From positions 1 through 45,271 of the forward strand of contig JBLMZF010000121.1 in the NCBI GenBank assembly GCA_050258655.1: DNA of 45,271 nt. The letters are read 5' to 3'. This document shows, piece after piece, positions 1 to 15,852 of this stretch (its first letter is position 1; every line of letters begins with the position of its first letter). The notes under the pieces were generated by a model, which saw only the letters and a list, made by a program, of their open reading frames with translations, searched no databases and was not told the DNA's origin. This DNA comes from Deltaproteobacteria bacterium. Its GTDB lineage: Bacteria; Omnitrophota; Gorgyraeia; Gygaellales; Profunditerraquicolaceae. A program made the translations under genes and the position numbers.

Positions 1-256
1 TCTTGCTCAGCTCCTTGACAACGAACCCCTCGAGATAAGGCTTCGCCGATTCGACATCCTCGGGGTTGACCCCGTAGTTGCCGATCAGCGGGCAGGTCAT
101 CGTGACGATCTGCCCCTTGTATGAGGGATCGGTGATGACTTCCTGGTATCCGGTCAGGCTGGTGTTGAAAACGACCTCGCCGTACCGTTCGCCGGGAGCG
201 CCGAACGACTCGCCCCTGAATACCTTCCCGTCTTCTAAGACAAGCAGCGCTTTCAT
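1..256 (-). CDS. carA: Carbamoyl-phosphate synthase small (glutaminase) subunit, 5' part; runs off the window
   Basis: Not in the ORF track. Manual translation from ATG at 256 gives [62 protein letters not shown], the CarA N-terminal signature (GEVVFNT..TGYQE..TDPSY.GQI). Confidence 0.95.
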   Translation of the reverse strand, partial: MKALLVLEDGKVFRGESFGAPGERYGEVVFNTSLTGYQEVITDPSYKGQIVTMTCPLIGNYGVNPEDVESAKPYLEGFVVKELSK

Positions 257-289
257 AGTATGGGATTTCCTATTTAGATAAACCATATT

Positions 290-317
290 ATTATACTGTA
301 AATCGCGGCAGGGTAAA
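290..317 (-). promoter_or_regulatory. Putative sigma-70 promoter for carA
   Basis: Minus strand TTTACC-N16-TATAAT, ending about 35 nt before the carA ATG. Confidence 0.5.
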
Positions 318-341
318 GCGGGATTTACGCGGACATCCTTC

Positions 342-2065
<1,724 letters not shown>

Positions 2066-2073
2066 ACGAAAAT

Positions 2074-2102
2074 AGTATATACGTGACGGGACATACTGTC
2101 AA
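2074..2102 (-). promoter_or_regulatory. Sigma-70 promoter for pyrG
   Basis: TTGACA-N17-TATACT on the minus strand; the predicted start site lies just before the first hairpin. Confidence 0.85.
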
Positions 2103-2128
2103 GGCTTTTACCGTCGGGACGGGAGGGA

Positions 2129-3553
2129 CTATTTCCCGCCCAGGTAGACATCGATGGAACTCGCCGCCCTGCGCCCTTCGGAGACCGCCCAGACGACAAG
2201 TGACTGTCCCCTGCGCATGTCGCCCGCCGAAAAGACGCCTTTGACCGAGGTCATCTGCCTGTCGTCCGTCTTGACGTTGCCCCTCTGGTCGAGCTCGACT
2301 CCGAGCTTTTCCAGCAGGCCCGTCTTGACCGGAGAGAGGAAACCGATTGCCAGGACCACGAGGTCAGCCTTTATCTCGAACTCAGTCCCGGGCAGCTCCT
2401 TCATCACCTGGCGCCCGGCCGCGTCCTTGACGAACTCGACCTTGACACAGGATACCGAAGAGACCTTCCTGCCGTTACCGTTGAACTTCCTGGTGAGGAT
2501 GGACCAGCGGCGCTCGCCGCCCTCTTCATGGCTGGTCGTGGTCTTGAGCAGCATCGGGTATTTCGGCCAGGGCATCTCCGGCGTCCGTTCCTCCGGAGGT
2601 TTGGGGAGCACTTCGACCTGCACTACGCAGGAAGCGCCCTGCCTGATGGAAGTCCCGATGCAGTCCGAGCCGGTGTCGCCGCCTCCGATGACCAGCACCC
2701 TCTTGCCCTTGGCGTCGATCGACTGGCCCGCGGGGACCTTATCCCCGGCCGCGCGTTTGTTCGCCTGGGTGAGGAAATCCATCGCGAAATAGATACCCTC
2801 CAACTCCCTGCCGGGGATCGCCAGGTCACGGGGCAGGCGCGACCCGCCGCAGAGGCAGACCGCGTCGAAGTCCCTGCGCAGCTTTTCGACAGCGATATCC
2901 GTGCCCGCTTCTGTCGAGACCTTGAAGACCACGCCTTCTTTGGTCATCAGGTCAATTTTGCGGTCCAGGACGGTCTTCTCAAGTTTGAAATCCGGTATGC
3001 CGTAACGCAGGATGCCGCCGATCCGGTCGTCCTTCTCGAAGACCGTCACGGTATGGCCGGCGCGGTTGAGCTGCTCGGCGCAGGCAAGGCCCGAAGGCCC
3101 CGAACCGATCACCGCCACCTTCTTACCCGTGCGCTTTTTCGGAGGACGCGGGACGATGACCTTCTGCTCGTACCCCTTCTCGACGATCGAAAGCTCGTTC
3201 TCCCTGACAGTGACCGGATCGTCGTTGATGCCGAGGACGCAGGCGTATTCGCACAGCGCCGGGCACACCCTGCCGGTCACCTCCGGCAGGTTATTGGAAG
3301 CCATCAGCAGGGCCAGGGCTTTCTTCCACTGCCCCTTGAACATCAGGTCGTTCCATTCGGGTATGTAATTGCCGATGGGGCAGGCGCTGTGGCAGAACGG
3401 CGTGCCGCAGTCCATGCAGCGCGAAGCCTGTTCCTGCGCCTTCTCAGCCTTCCTGGCGACAAAGACACGGTCAAAGTCCTTGACGCGCTCGCATACGGGA
3501 CGGTATTCGGTCTTACCTCTCTTGATTTTCAGGAACCCTCTTGGATCACCCAT
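2129..3553 (-). CDS. gltD: Glutamate synthase small subunit
   Basis: 474 aa; RCMDCGTPFC and CPALCE Fe-S motifs, GSGPSG and GGGDTG nucleotide-binding motifs, GDMRRGQSLVVWA. Confidence 0.97.
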   Translation of the reverse strand: MGDPRGFLKIKRGKTEYRPVCERVKDFDRVFVARKAEKAQEQASRCMDCGTPFCHSACPIGNYIPEWNDLMFKGQWKKALALLMASNNLPEVTGRVCPALCEYACVLGINDDPVTVRENELSIVEKGYEQKVIVPRPPKKRTGKKVAVIGSGPSGLACAEQLNRAGHTVTVFEKDDRIGGILRYGIPDFKLEKTVLDRKIDLMTKEGVVFKVSTEAGTDIAVEKLRRDFDAVCLCGGSRLPRDLAIPGRELEGIYFAMDFLTQANKRAAGDKVPAGQSIDAKGKRVLVIGGGDTGSDCIGTSIRQGASCVVQVEVLPKPPEERTPEMPWPKYPMLLKTTTSHEEGGERRWSILTRKFNGNGRKVSSVSCVKVEFVKDAAGRQVMKELPGTEFEIKADLVVLAIGFLSPVKTGLLEKLGVELDQRGNVKTDDRQMTSVKGVFSAGDMRRGQSLVVWAVSEGRRAASSIDVYLGGK

Positions 3554-3554
3554 T

Positions 3555-8128
<4,574 letters not shown>

Positions 8129-8132
<4 letters not shown>

Positions 8133-8491
8133 TGTGCCTTCCATTTCTTGACGTCTATACAGAGTTTCTTTATCTTGGCCCGCAAGGTATTCCTGTTTAT
8201 CCCCAGGAGCCGGGATGCCTTCAACTGGTTGCCTTCGGTCTTTTCGAGGACGTGCTCGATCAGCGCCCGCTCTATGCGTTCGACCATCGATCTGTACAAC
8301 TCGCCTTTCCCGGCCATGAGCTCGTCATGGAACTCGACGATCTTCTGCTCTATTGTCCCGTCCGGATGATTTTCCTTCTGGATGCTGATGCGGGACGGGT
8401 CCCCGGAGACCGAAAACCCTTCTTTTGCGAGGACTTGCGAAAGCAGTTCCCTGATCCTTTTCTCGTCTTCTGTGATCAGCAAGGTAATCAT
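8129..8491 (-). CDS. Fis-family HTH protein (mini NtrC-like: receiver remnant plus HTH_8)
   Basis: The C-terminus ERALIEHVLEKTEGNQLKASRLLGINRNTLRAKIKK is an NtrC/Fis HTH. The N-terminus ITLLITEDEKRIRELLSQVLAKEGFSV resembles beta1-alpha1-beta2 of a receiver domain. No AAA+ domain. Confidence 0.8.
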
Positions 8492-8561
8492 CGCGGCACC
8501 GGTCCCTGATTACATCCTGTTCATAATGGCGCAAGGATGCTCAAATGTTAAGCATGGGGGA

Positions 8562-8626
8562 GCAAAAAAACCGCGATCTGACGTTGATCTTGGAGGGCCT
8601 GCTTCGTTGCAGAAAGCCTCTGTGGC
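8562..8626 (-). promoter_or_regulatory. ANTAR-like leader between glnA and the Fis-gltBD genes
   Basis: Minus strand GCC-ACAGA-GGC, then CTGC-AACGAA-GCAG (8612-8599, A1/G4 hexaloop), then a weak hairpin and a T7 tract. Confidence 0.55.
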
Positions 8627-8636
8627 GGAGTGAATC

Positions 8637-8670
8637 CGGGGACGGGACCCTGACCGGGTACCCGTCCCCG
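8637..8670. repeat. GC-rich palindrome (GGGGACGGG...CCCGTCCCC) after the glnA stop
   Basis: CGGGGACGGG-N14-CCCGTCCCCG; the same arms recur at 20622-20650. Confidence 0.7.
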
Positions 8671-8679
8671 CGGAGCCTG

Positions 8680-10875
8680 TTATTTTATGAACAGCATTTC
8701 ACGGTACTTGGGCAGCACCCAGTTCTCGTCGGAAACGACCTTCTCCAGGTCATCGACGTGCTTGCGGATGTGCACCATGAACGGCTTGACTTTCTCGAAG
8801 AAGACCTTCGCCTTCTTCTCGGGGCTCAGTGACTCGGACGCTTCCAGCAGCTCCATCATCTCTCTGGCATTGTGGCGGACATAGTAGATCTGGGCCACGA
8901 TGTCGGAAAGATGCGACTTCTGGTCGGCGAACGCCTTCTCGTCAAGCTTGACCCCCGATCCTTTCTTGAGAGCCGCGAGCTTGGCCGTATTGTCGGCCAG
9001 GAGCTTCTGGTACTCGAGCGCGGGCGGGATGATGCTCGAATTGACCATCTCGTTGAGTGTATTTGCCTCGATCTCGATGAGTTTGTCGTACATCTCCACC
9101 CAGATGTGGTAACGGGAGATGAGCTCCTGCCTGGTGAACACCTTGTACTTCTCGAAAAGCGCTATGTTCGAGGGTTTGATCAGCGCCTCAAGCGCCTCGT
9201 AGGTGGAGGCGACGTTCGGAAGACCGCGCTTGGCGGCTTCCTTGACCCACTCTTCGGAGTAGTTGTTGCCCTCGAAACGGATCGCCCTGGTCTCCTTGAC
9301 GACCTCCTGGATGACCTTGAGGACCGCCGCGTCGAAGTTCCTGCCCGAAGCACCTGACTTCTTGATCTTTTCGGCGACGTAGTCGAGCGATTCGGCGATG
9401 ATGGTGTTGATCACCATGATCGGGGTCGAGATGTTCTGCGAAGAACCGACCGCGCGAAACTCGAACTTGTTGCCGGTAAAGGCAAAAGGCGAGGTGCGGT
9501 TACGGTCAGTAGTGTCCTTGTTGAACTGGGGCAGGCAGGAGACGCCCAGGTCGATGATGGTCTTCTTGGATACCTCTCCCCTGGTACCCTTCTCGATCGT
9601 GTCGAGTATCTTGGTCAGCTGGGCTCCGAGGAAGACACTGACGATGGCCGGCGGCGCTTCGTTTGCGCCGAGCCTGTGCTCGTTGCCCACATGGGCGACG
9701 GAAGCCCTGAGCAGGTCCGAGTGCAGGTAGACCGCGCGCAGGACGGCCGCCAGGACCGCCAGGAACTGGAGGTTGTCCTCAGGGGTCTCGCCCGGGTTCA
9801 ACAGGTTATTGCCGTTGTTATCGGCCAGCGACCAGTTGACATGCTTGCCGCTGCCGTTGACGCCCGCAAAGGGTTTCTCGTGGAGCAGGCAGACCATGTT
9901 GTGGCGGAGCGCGACCTTCTTCATCAGCTCCATCAGCATCAGGTTATGGTCGGTCGCCAGGTTCGATTCCTCGAACATCGGGGCGAACTCGTACTGGTGC
10001 GGAGCGACCTCGTTGTGGCGGGTCACGACCGGTATACCCAGCTTGTATGCCTCTTTCGCTACCTCGAACATGTAATTGAGGACGCGTTCCTTGATCGAAC
10101 CGAAATACTGGTCCTCCATCTGCTGGCCCTTGGGGGACGGAGCGCCGGTAAGCGTGCGGCCGGTCATGACCAGGTCCTGGCGCAGGGTGTAGTAGTTCTT
10201 GTCGATCAGGAAATACTCCTGCTCCGGACCGCAGGTCGAGCGGACCCTGGAGACGTCCTTGCGGCCGAAGAGCTTGAGCAGGTTGACCGCTGCCCTGCTG
10301 ACCGCCTCGTCGGAACGCAGAAGCGGGAGCTTCTTGTCCAGCGATTCTCCGTGATAGGAGATGAAGATGCAGGGTATGCAGAGGGTCTTGCCGAGCGTGC
10401 TCTCCTTGATGAACGCCGGGCTCGAGGGGTCCCAGGCGGTATAACCGCGGGCCTCGAAAGTCGAGCGGATGCCGCCGGACGGGAAGGAACTGGCATCGGG
10501 CTCGCCCTGGATGAGCTTGGAGCCGGAAAACTTCTCGATGACCTTGCCGGGGCCGGTCAGGCTGATGAAGCTGTCATGCTTCTCGGCGGTCAGACCGGTC
10601 ATCGGCTGGAACCAGTGGGTATAGAAGGAGGCGCCCCTGGAAATGGCCCATTCCTTCATCGCGTTGGCGATCTCATCGGCCTGTTCCTTGGAGATGACCT
10701 TCCCCTCGGAAAGCCACTTCTTGAAGGCCTTGAACGTGGGCTTGGAGATGTGCTTGACCATCGTCTCCATGCTGAACGTGTTCTCTCCGAAATACGACGA
10801 GACTTTCTTGGGCAGATCGACCTTGGCCAGGTCTACGCTATTGATCTTCAGAAGTACTTCCTTGCGTATTCCCAT
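8680..10875 (-). CDS. glnA: Glutamine synthetase type III (GlnN-like)
   Basis: 731 aa; GSIII signatures HWFQPMTGLTAEKHDSF, GEPDASSFPSGGIRSTFEARGYTAWD, HEKPFAGVNGSGKH, DRNRTSPFAFTGNKFEFR. Confidence 0.96.
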   Translation of the reverse strand: MGIRKEVLLKINSVDLAKVDLPKKVSSYFGENTFSMETMVKHISKPTFKAFKKWLSEGKVISKEQADEIANAMKEWAISRGASFYTHWFQPMTGLTAEKHDSFISLTGPGKVIEKFSGSKLIQGEPDASSFPSGGIRSTFEARGYTAWDPSSPAFIKESTLGKTLCIPCIFISYHGESLDKKLPLLRSDEAVSRAAVNLLKLFGRKDVSRVRSTCGPEQEYFLIDKNYYTLRQDLVMTGRTLTGAPSPKGQQMEDQYFGSIKERVLNYMFEVAKEAYKLGIPVVTRHNEVAPHQYEFAPMFEESNLATDHNLMLMELMKKVALRHNMVCLLHEKPFAGVNGSGKHVNWSLADNNGNNLLNPGETPEDNLQFLAVLAAVLRAVYLHSDLLRASVAHVGNEHRLGANEAPPAIVSVFLGAQLTKILDTIEKGTRGEVSKKTIIDLGVSCLPQFNKDTTDRNRTSPFAFTGNKFEFRAVGSSQNISTPIMVINTIIAESLDYVAEKIKKSGASGRNFDAAVLKVIQEVVKETRAIRFEGNNYSEEWVKEAAKRGLPNVASTYEALEALIKPSNIALFEKYKVFTRQELISRYHIWVEMYDKLIEIEANTLNEMVNSSIIPPALEYQKLLADNTAKLAALKKGSGVKLDEKAFADQKSHLSDIVAQIYYVRHNAREMMELLEASESLSPEKKAKVFFEKVKPFMVHIRKHVDDLEKVVSDENWVLPKYREMLFIK

Positions 10876-10905
10876 GTCCTGTCCTCCTGTGCATGGTTGA
10901 GGGTT

Positions 10906-10987
10906 AAAAAAACAGAGGCGTTCTTCTTAAAAAAGAACGCCTCTGTTCTCTTTCTCGTGACGCCCGGTCACATGCACATCCGCGTGC
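10906..10987 (-). promoter_or_regulatory. glnA leader: hairpins plus an ANTAR-type hexaloop overlapping an intrinsic terminator
   Basis: Minus strand GCAC-GCGGAT-GTGC, GTGAC-CGGGC-GTCAC, AGAAC-AGAGGC-GTTCT (10949-10934). The last hairpin is mutually exclusive with the terminator AACAGAGGCGTTCTT/AAGAACGCCTCTGTT-TTTTT. Confidence 0.75.
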
Positions 10988-11008
10988 TTAAATACTGTGC
11001 AACATTAA

Positions 11009-11039
11009 TACAAGTAACCGGCAAGGCGTTCTGGTAACA
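11009..11039 (-). promoter_or_regulatory. Bipartite motif TGTTACCAG-N11-GGTTACTTGTA, copy 1 (candidate alternative-sigma promoter or operator)
   Basis: All 20 box positions and the spacing are identical to the copy at 23290-23320, while the spacer differs. Confidence 0.75.
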
Positions 11040-11045
11040 TTTTTT

Positions 11046-11504
11046 CTACGGTTTCTCGAACTTCCTGAACGCTTCCACCAACTGTTCCGGGGTGGATGCC
11101 TTATCGAGGTCCTCTTTGAAAGCGCGGACCGTCAACAGCTTGGAAAGGTTCGCCAGCATCCTTAAATAGACGCCCAGATGCTCCGGATTGGTGCCCATGA
11201 GGAATATATAGCGGACCTCGCGGGAATCGGCCGAACCGAAAGGGATGCCTTTCGACGACTTGCCGAAAGCTATGGCAAGCTCCTTCACGGACTTGGTAGG
11301 ACAGTGCGGTACAGCGACGCCCTTGCCTATACCGGTCGAACCAAGCGCTTCCCTCTCAAGAAGATGCTTGACGAAATCGGCCGTATCGGTGACCTTGCCC
11401 ACGTTGCCGAGCACCCCGGCCAGCTCGCGTATCGCTTCCTCTTTGCTCTTCGCCTTGAGGTCCATCACACAGCTGTCTTTGGTAAGGAAATCGGTGAATT
11501 TCAT
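11046..11504 (-). CDS. PTS EIIA component (fructose/nitrogen, PtsN-like)
   Basis: 152 aa; LEREALGSTGIGKGVAVPHC phospho-His motif. Confidence 0.88.
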   Translation of the reverse strand: MKFTDFLTKDSCVMDLKAKSKEEAIRELAGVLGNVGKVTDTADFVKHLLEREALGSTGIGKGVAVPHCPTKSVKELAIAFGKSSKGIPFGSADSREVRYIFLMGTNPEHLGVYLRMLANLSKLLTVRAFKEDLDKASTPEQLVEAFRKFEKP

Positions 11505-11508
11505 CCTT

Positions 11509-11994
11509 TCAACACTCCTTATATAGCGCTTCCACCCGCTCGGGGTTCTTAACTACGAGGACCGGACAGGAAGCCCTCCGGAAAAGCCTCTCGCCCTCGT
11601 CATAAAAGATGTCTGTCGTCGAGAACACCTGTTTGAGCTCGCCCATTATCAGGATATCGGCTTTCTTCTCTCTGGCGATGGAGGCCACCTCGGTGCTTAT
11701 CTCCCCCCTGACGATCACTGTCTCCAGGGGGACACCCTTCTCCTTCGCCATCTTCGTCAGCCGTTCCATGAAGAGCTTCCCCTGCTGCTCCAGGTCCCGT
11801 TCGTACTGTTCTGCTTCCACCTCGACGAAGACCTTGCTGCGCAGGAGGTCCTGCAGCACCTTCTGGTTGACCACGTGCACGGCGGTAAGCCGCGCCTTGA
11901 GCTGCCGGGCGACCACGATGGCGTACTTCGCCGGTATGAGAGAGTTTGAAAAAGCCCCGACCGCGACCATCACATGCTCTACAGCCATGGACAC
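11509..11994 (-). CDS. Universal stress protein
   Basis: 161 aa; USP pattern HVMVAV...LTAVHVV...G......A...KADILIMG...ERLFRRASCPVLVVK. Confidence 0.88.
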   Translation of the reverse strand: MSMAVEHVMVAVGAFSNSLIPAKYAIVVARQLKARLTAVHVVNQKVLQDLLRSKVFVEVEAEQYERDLEQQGKLFMERLTKMAKEKGVPLETVIVRGEISTEVASIAREKKADILIMGELKQVFSTTDIFYDEGERLFRRASCPVLVVKNPERVEALYKEC

Positions 11995-12618
11995 CTACCT
12001 GTTTACGCTTCGCCTGTTCTTGATCAGTTTAAGGAGCGCGAAGGCGTCGCGCGACTCCTCATCGAGCCTGTCGCCGATATACTTGACGGCTTCCTGATAA
12101 TAGGGGATATATATCTTCTCGAGCGCGTTGACCTTGCGGATGGTCTTCTGGACCTCCGCGGCGATGCGCAGGAGAGCGATCTTCTTTTCCGCGAGCGACG
12201 CAAGCAGGCGCATGACGTCCCTGAACCGCCTGATGGTCTCGTCGACCGCCAGGCTCGTGTCGAAGGAACGGAAATAGGGAGCCTTCTCCACGACCTCGAG
12301 GGCGATGACGGGGATATGCACGCCCATGATCCTGCGGTGGCTTATGGTCAGGCTGTTGCGCGTGTCGATGGAGAAGCTTATGTCCTCCACCTTCGTCCTG
12401 CCCATGAGCACGACCGCCCTGTCCAGCTCGTCATATGCCTTCCTGAGCGCGTCATCCGTCTCGGACTGGAAACGGTCAACGGCGTCGACGAGCGCGGTGA
12501 GCTCCTCGAGCAGGATGCGCCGTTTCTCGTCGAGCAGGTCGTACCCTTCGCGGGTAAGCTCCAGCGATTTGCGCATCTTGAACAGATTGGTCTTGGTGGC
12601 CGCTACGTTTATCCTCAT
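11995..12618 (-). CDS. ntpD: V/A-type ATPase subunit D
   Basis: ATKTNL...GYDLLDEKRRIL and KTIRKVNALEKIYIP; follows subunit B. Confidence 0.93.
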   Translation of the reverse strand: MRINVAATKTNLFKMRKSLELTREGYDLLDEKRRILLEELTALVDAVDRFQSETDDALRKAYDELDRAVVLMGRTKVEDISFSIDTRNSLTISHRRIMGVHIPVIALEVVEKAPYFRSFDTSLAVDETIRRFRDVMRLLASLAEKKIALLRIAAEVQKTIRKVNALEKIYIPYYQEAVKYIGDRLDEESRDAFALLKLIKNRRSVNR

Positions 12619-12622
12619 CCTT

Positions 12623-14023
12623 TTAAATGATCTGCGAGACCTCGGGTCTCGGCTTGTAGTATTTGTCGAGTATCTCGGGCTTGATGCGCACCAGCTCCGT
12701 CTTCGGGAGCAGCGAGATCACGTCCCATCCCAGGTCGAGCCCCTGCTCCAGCGTGCGGCGCTCGTAGTATCCCTGGCCCAGGAACCTGCGCTCGAACTCG
12801 TCGCCGAACTTCAGGTACTGGTGGTCGAGCGGGGAAAGCTCCTCCTCGCCGATGATCGAGGCGAGCGCGCGGATATCCTTGACGCGCGCGTAGGAAGCGA
12901 AAAGCTGGGAGGAAAGAGCGGGATGGTCCTCGCGGGTCATGCCCTCCCCGATATTGTCCTTCATCAGTCGGGAGAGCGACGAAAGCAGCGTGACAGGCGG
13001 ATAGATGCCGCGGCCGAACAGCTCGCGGTCAAGCACGATCTGGCCTTCGGTTATGTAGCCGGTCAGGTCAGGCACCGGGTTCGTGATATCGTCGTTGGGC
13101 ATCGTCAGGATGGGCAGCTGCGTGATCGAGCCCTTGACGCCCTTCACCATTCCGGCGCGCTCGTAAAGGCTGGCCAGGTCGCTGTAAAGATAGCCGGGAT
13201 ATCCCTTGCGGGCCGGTATCTCCCCGCGGATCGAAGAGAGCTCGCGCAGCGCCTCGCAGTAGTTGGACATATCGGTCATGATGACCAGCACGTGCATGTT
13301 CTTGACGAACGCCAGGTATTCCGCGCAGGTCAGCGCGAAACGCGGCGTCAGGATCCTCTCGATCGAAGGGCTGTTGGCAAGGCTCAGGAACATGGTGACG
13401 CGGTCGAGGACGCCCGAATCCTCGAAGCTCTTGCGGAAGAACTGCGCGGTGTCGAACTTGACGCCCATCGCCGCGAAGACGACCGCGAAATCCACGCCCT
13501 TGACGCGCGCCTGGCGGGCGATCTGCGCCGCCATAAGGTCGTGCGGAAGGCCGGAGCCCGAGAAGATCGGGAGCTTCTGGCCCCTGACCAGAGTGGTCAT
13601 GATGTCGATGGAGCTGATGCCGGTCTCGATGATGTTGCAGGGATAATCGCGGGCGGTCGGGTTGATGGCCATGCCGTTGACATCGCGCATCTCGTCGAAC
13701 GGCGGCCGGGGCATCCCGTCGATGGGATTGCCGAGCCCGTCGAAGACGCGGCCGAGGACATCCTCGGAGACGCCCATCTTGAGCGGTTCCTCGCGGAAAC
13801 GGACCAGGGCGTTGGAGATCGAGATGCCGCTGGTGCCGCCCAGGAGCTGGACGACCGCGTATCCTTTGCCGACCTCGAGGGTCACGCCGACCCTGGTCTT
13901 GCCTTCGCTGTCCGCCACCTCGACGTACTCGTTGTACCCGACGTTGTGGATGTTGCGGATCACAAAGATCGGCCCCACCACTTCCTCAAGTCCCCTGTAT
14001 TCGCGCAGACTGTATTCGCTCAT
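12623..14023 (-). CDS. ntpB: V/A-type ATPase subunit B
   Basis: [59 protein letters not shown]. Confidence 0.96.
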   Translation of the reverse strand: MSEYSLREYRGLEEVVGPIFVIRNIHNVGYNEYVEVADSEGKTRVGVTLEVGKGYAVVQLLGGTSGISISNALVRFREEPLKMGVSEDVLGRVFDGLGNPIDGMPRPPFDEMRDVNGMAINPTARDYPCNIIETGISSIDIMTTLVRGQKLPIFSGSGLPHDLMAAQIARQARVKGVDFAVVFAAMGVKFDTAQFFRKSFEDSGVLDRVTMFLSLANSPSIERILTPRFALTCAEYLAFVKNMHVLVIMTDMSNYCEALRELSSIRGEIPARKGYPGYLYSDLASLYERAGMVKGVKGSITQLPILTMPNDDITNPVPDLTGYITEGQIVLDRELFGRGIYPPVTLLSSLSRLMKDNIGEGMTREDHPALSSQLFASYARVKDIRALASIIGEEELSPLDHQYLKFGDEFERRFLGQGYYERRTLEQGLDLGWDVISLLPKTELVRIKPEILDKYYKPRPEVSQII

Positions 14024-14036
14024 ATCCTTTTACCGT

Positions 14037-14077
14037 TCCAACCTCGTAGATTGCCGTTGGCAACCTACGAGGTTGGA
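14037..14077. repeat. 41-bp intergenic palindrome between the A and B subunit genes
   Basis: TCCAACCTCGTAGATTGCC-GTT-GGCAACCTACGAGGTTGGA; 18/19 paired, and the mismatch is a G-U pair on the coding strand. Confidence 0.75.
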
Positions 14078-14082
14078 TAGGT

Positions 14083-15852
14083 CTAGAAGTTGATTAATTT
14101 GTTCAACGACTCCTCGACGCCCTTGTCGGCGAACTGCCTGAGCTTCTCCAGGTCCTCGGGCGACTCCGTGTACTGGAACTTCATGCGCAGGAGGTCCTGG
14201 AAAACAGGCGTCTGGCGCAGTTCGGAAATGCTCAATCCCTTCCTTATCAGCTCCTCGCTCTTGTGGTAGAACTTGATGATCGCCTTGAGCATGTAGAACT
14301 GTTTTTTAGGCGAAGCGTAGGTATCGACCTTGTCGTAGGCGACCTGCTGGAGGAAGCCGTTGCGGAAGATATAGCTGGTCTCCAGGATCAGCCTCTGCGT
14401 CACCGGGAGCACGTCCGCGCCGACGAGCTTTACCACCTGCTGGAGGCGCTGCTCGTGCTGGAGTATCTCCATGATCGTGAGCCTGTAGCTGGTCCATTCC
14501 GGGTCGATGTTCTTCTCCCACCATTCCTTGATCTGGTCGAGGTATTCCGAGTAGCTGTCGGTCCAGCTGATGGCCGGGTAATGGCGCGAGTAAGCGAGAT
14601 CGCGGTCCAATGCCCAGAAACAGCGCACGAACCGCTTGGTGTGCGAGGTCACCGGCTCGGAGAAATCGCCGCCGGGCGGCGAGACCGAGGCGACGATGGT
14701 GATCGAACCGTCCATGCCCGAAAGGGTCTTGACCTTTCCCGCCCGTTCGTAGAACTCGGCGAGCCTGCTGGGCAGGTAGGCAGGGAAACCCTCTTCCAGG
14801 GGCATCTCCTCAAGACGGCCGGAGAGCTCGCGCAAGGCCTCCGCCCACCGGGAAGTGGAATCTGCCATCAGCGCGACGTTGTATCCCATGTCGCGATAAT
14901 ATTCGGCCATCGTGATGCCGGTGTAGATGCTGGCCTCGCGGGCGGCGACCGGCATGTTCGAGGTATTGGCGATAAGTATGGTGCGTTCCATCAGCGGCCT
15001 GCCCGTCCGCGGGTCGACCAGCTTTGGGAACGTCTCGAGGACGTCTGTCATCTCGTTGCCGCGTTCGCCGCAGCCGACGTAGACGACGATCTCGGCGTCG
15101 CTCCATTTCGCCAGCTGGTGCTGGGTCACGGTCTTGCCCGTGCCGAAGCCCCCGGGGATCGCGACCGCTCCTCCCTTGGCGACCGGGAACAGGGTATCGA
15201 TAACCCTCTGTCCGGTGATCAGCGGGGCGGAGAGAGTCTCTCTCATCCCTACGGGACGGCCCATGCGCACCGGCCACTTCTGGAGCATGGAAAGATCCCT
15301 TTCGCCTTTAGCAGTCTGCACCACCGCGATCTTTTCCTCTATGGTATAGTCGCCTTCGGGGGCGATCCAGGTCACTGTGCCTTCGATGTCCGGAGGGACC
15401 ATGACGCGGTGGGCGATCAGCTCGCTCTCGCGCACCTCGCCGAGCACCGCCCCTTTGCCTGCCTGCCCTCCCGCCTTCACTTTCGGCTGGAAATGCCATT
15501 TGCGGGAACGGTCGATGGCCGGAACGTGGACGCCGCGGCGGATGAAGGACCCTTCCTTGCCCTTGATCACCTCGAGCGGGCGCTGGATGCCGTCGTAGAT
15601 GGTGCCGAGCATGCCCGGGCCGAGCTCGACCGTCAGCGGAGTGCCCCTGGTATACACCGGGTCGCCCGCCTTTATCGAGGTGGTATCCTCGTATATCTGC
15701 ACGTACGCCCGGTCCCCCTTGAGGTGCATGACCTCGCCGATGAGGCGGTCATCGCCGACCTCGACCATGTCCAGCATCCTCAGGTCGCCGATCTCCTCTA
15801 TCTCGGCCACCGGTCCCACGATCCTGGAAACCTTGACAGCCTTTTTCTCCAT
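14083..15852 (-). CDS. ntpA: V/A-type ATPase catalytic subunit A
   Basis: Walker A PGGFGTGKT, GCGERGNE, NTSNMPVAAREAS, DSTSRWAEALRE. Confidence 0.97.
   Translation of the reverse strand: MEKKAVKVSRIVGPVAEIEEIGDLRMLDMVEVGDDRLIGEVMHLKGDRAYVQIYEDTTSIKAGDPVYTRGTPLTVELGPGMLGTIYDGIQRPLEVIKGKEGSFIRRGVHVPAIDRSRKWHFQPKVKAGGQAGKGAVLGEVRESELIAHRVMVPPDIEGTVTWIAPEGDYTIEEKIAVVQTAKGERDLSMLQKWPVRMGRPVGMRETLSAPLITGQRVIDTLFPVAKGGAVAIPGGFGTGKTVTQHQLAKWSDAEIVVYVGCGERGNEMTDVLETFPKLVDPRTGRPLMERTILIANTSNMPVAAREASIYTGITMAEYYRDMGYNVALMADSTSRWAEALRELSGRLEEMPLEEGFPAYLPSRLAEFYERAGKVKTLSGMDGSITIVASVSPPGGDFSEPVTSHTKRFVRCFWALDRDLAYSRHYPAISWTDSYSEYLDQIKEWWEKNIDPEWTSYRLTIMEILQHEQRLQQVVKLVGADVLPVTQRLILETSYIFRNGFLQQVAYDKVDTYASPKKQFYMLKAIIKFYHKSEELIRKGLSISELRQTPVFQDLLRMKFQYTESPEDLEKLRQFADKGVEESLNKLINF

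Noticed and set aside
10880-11040. Glutamine (glnA) riboswitch or sigma54 promoter upstream of glnA
   Set aside because: There is no CGUUCA...GACGGAAGUAGG...GAAGGAACG core and no GG-N10-GC pair in TGGCAC/TTGC context.
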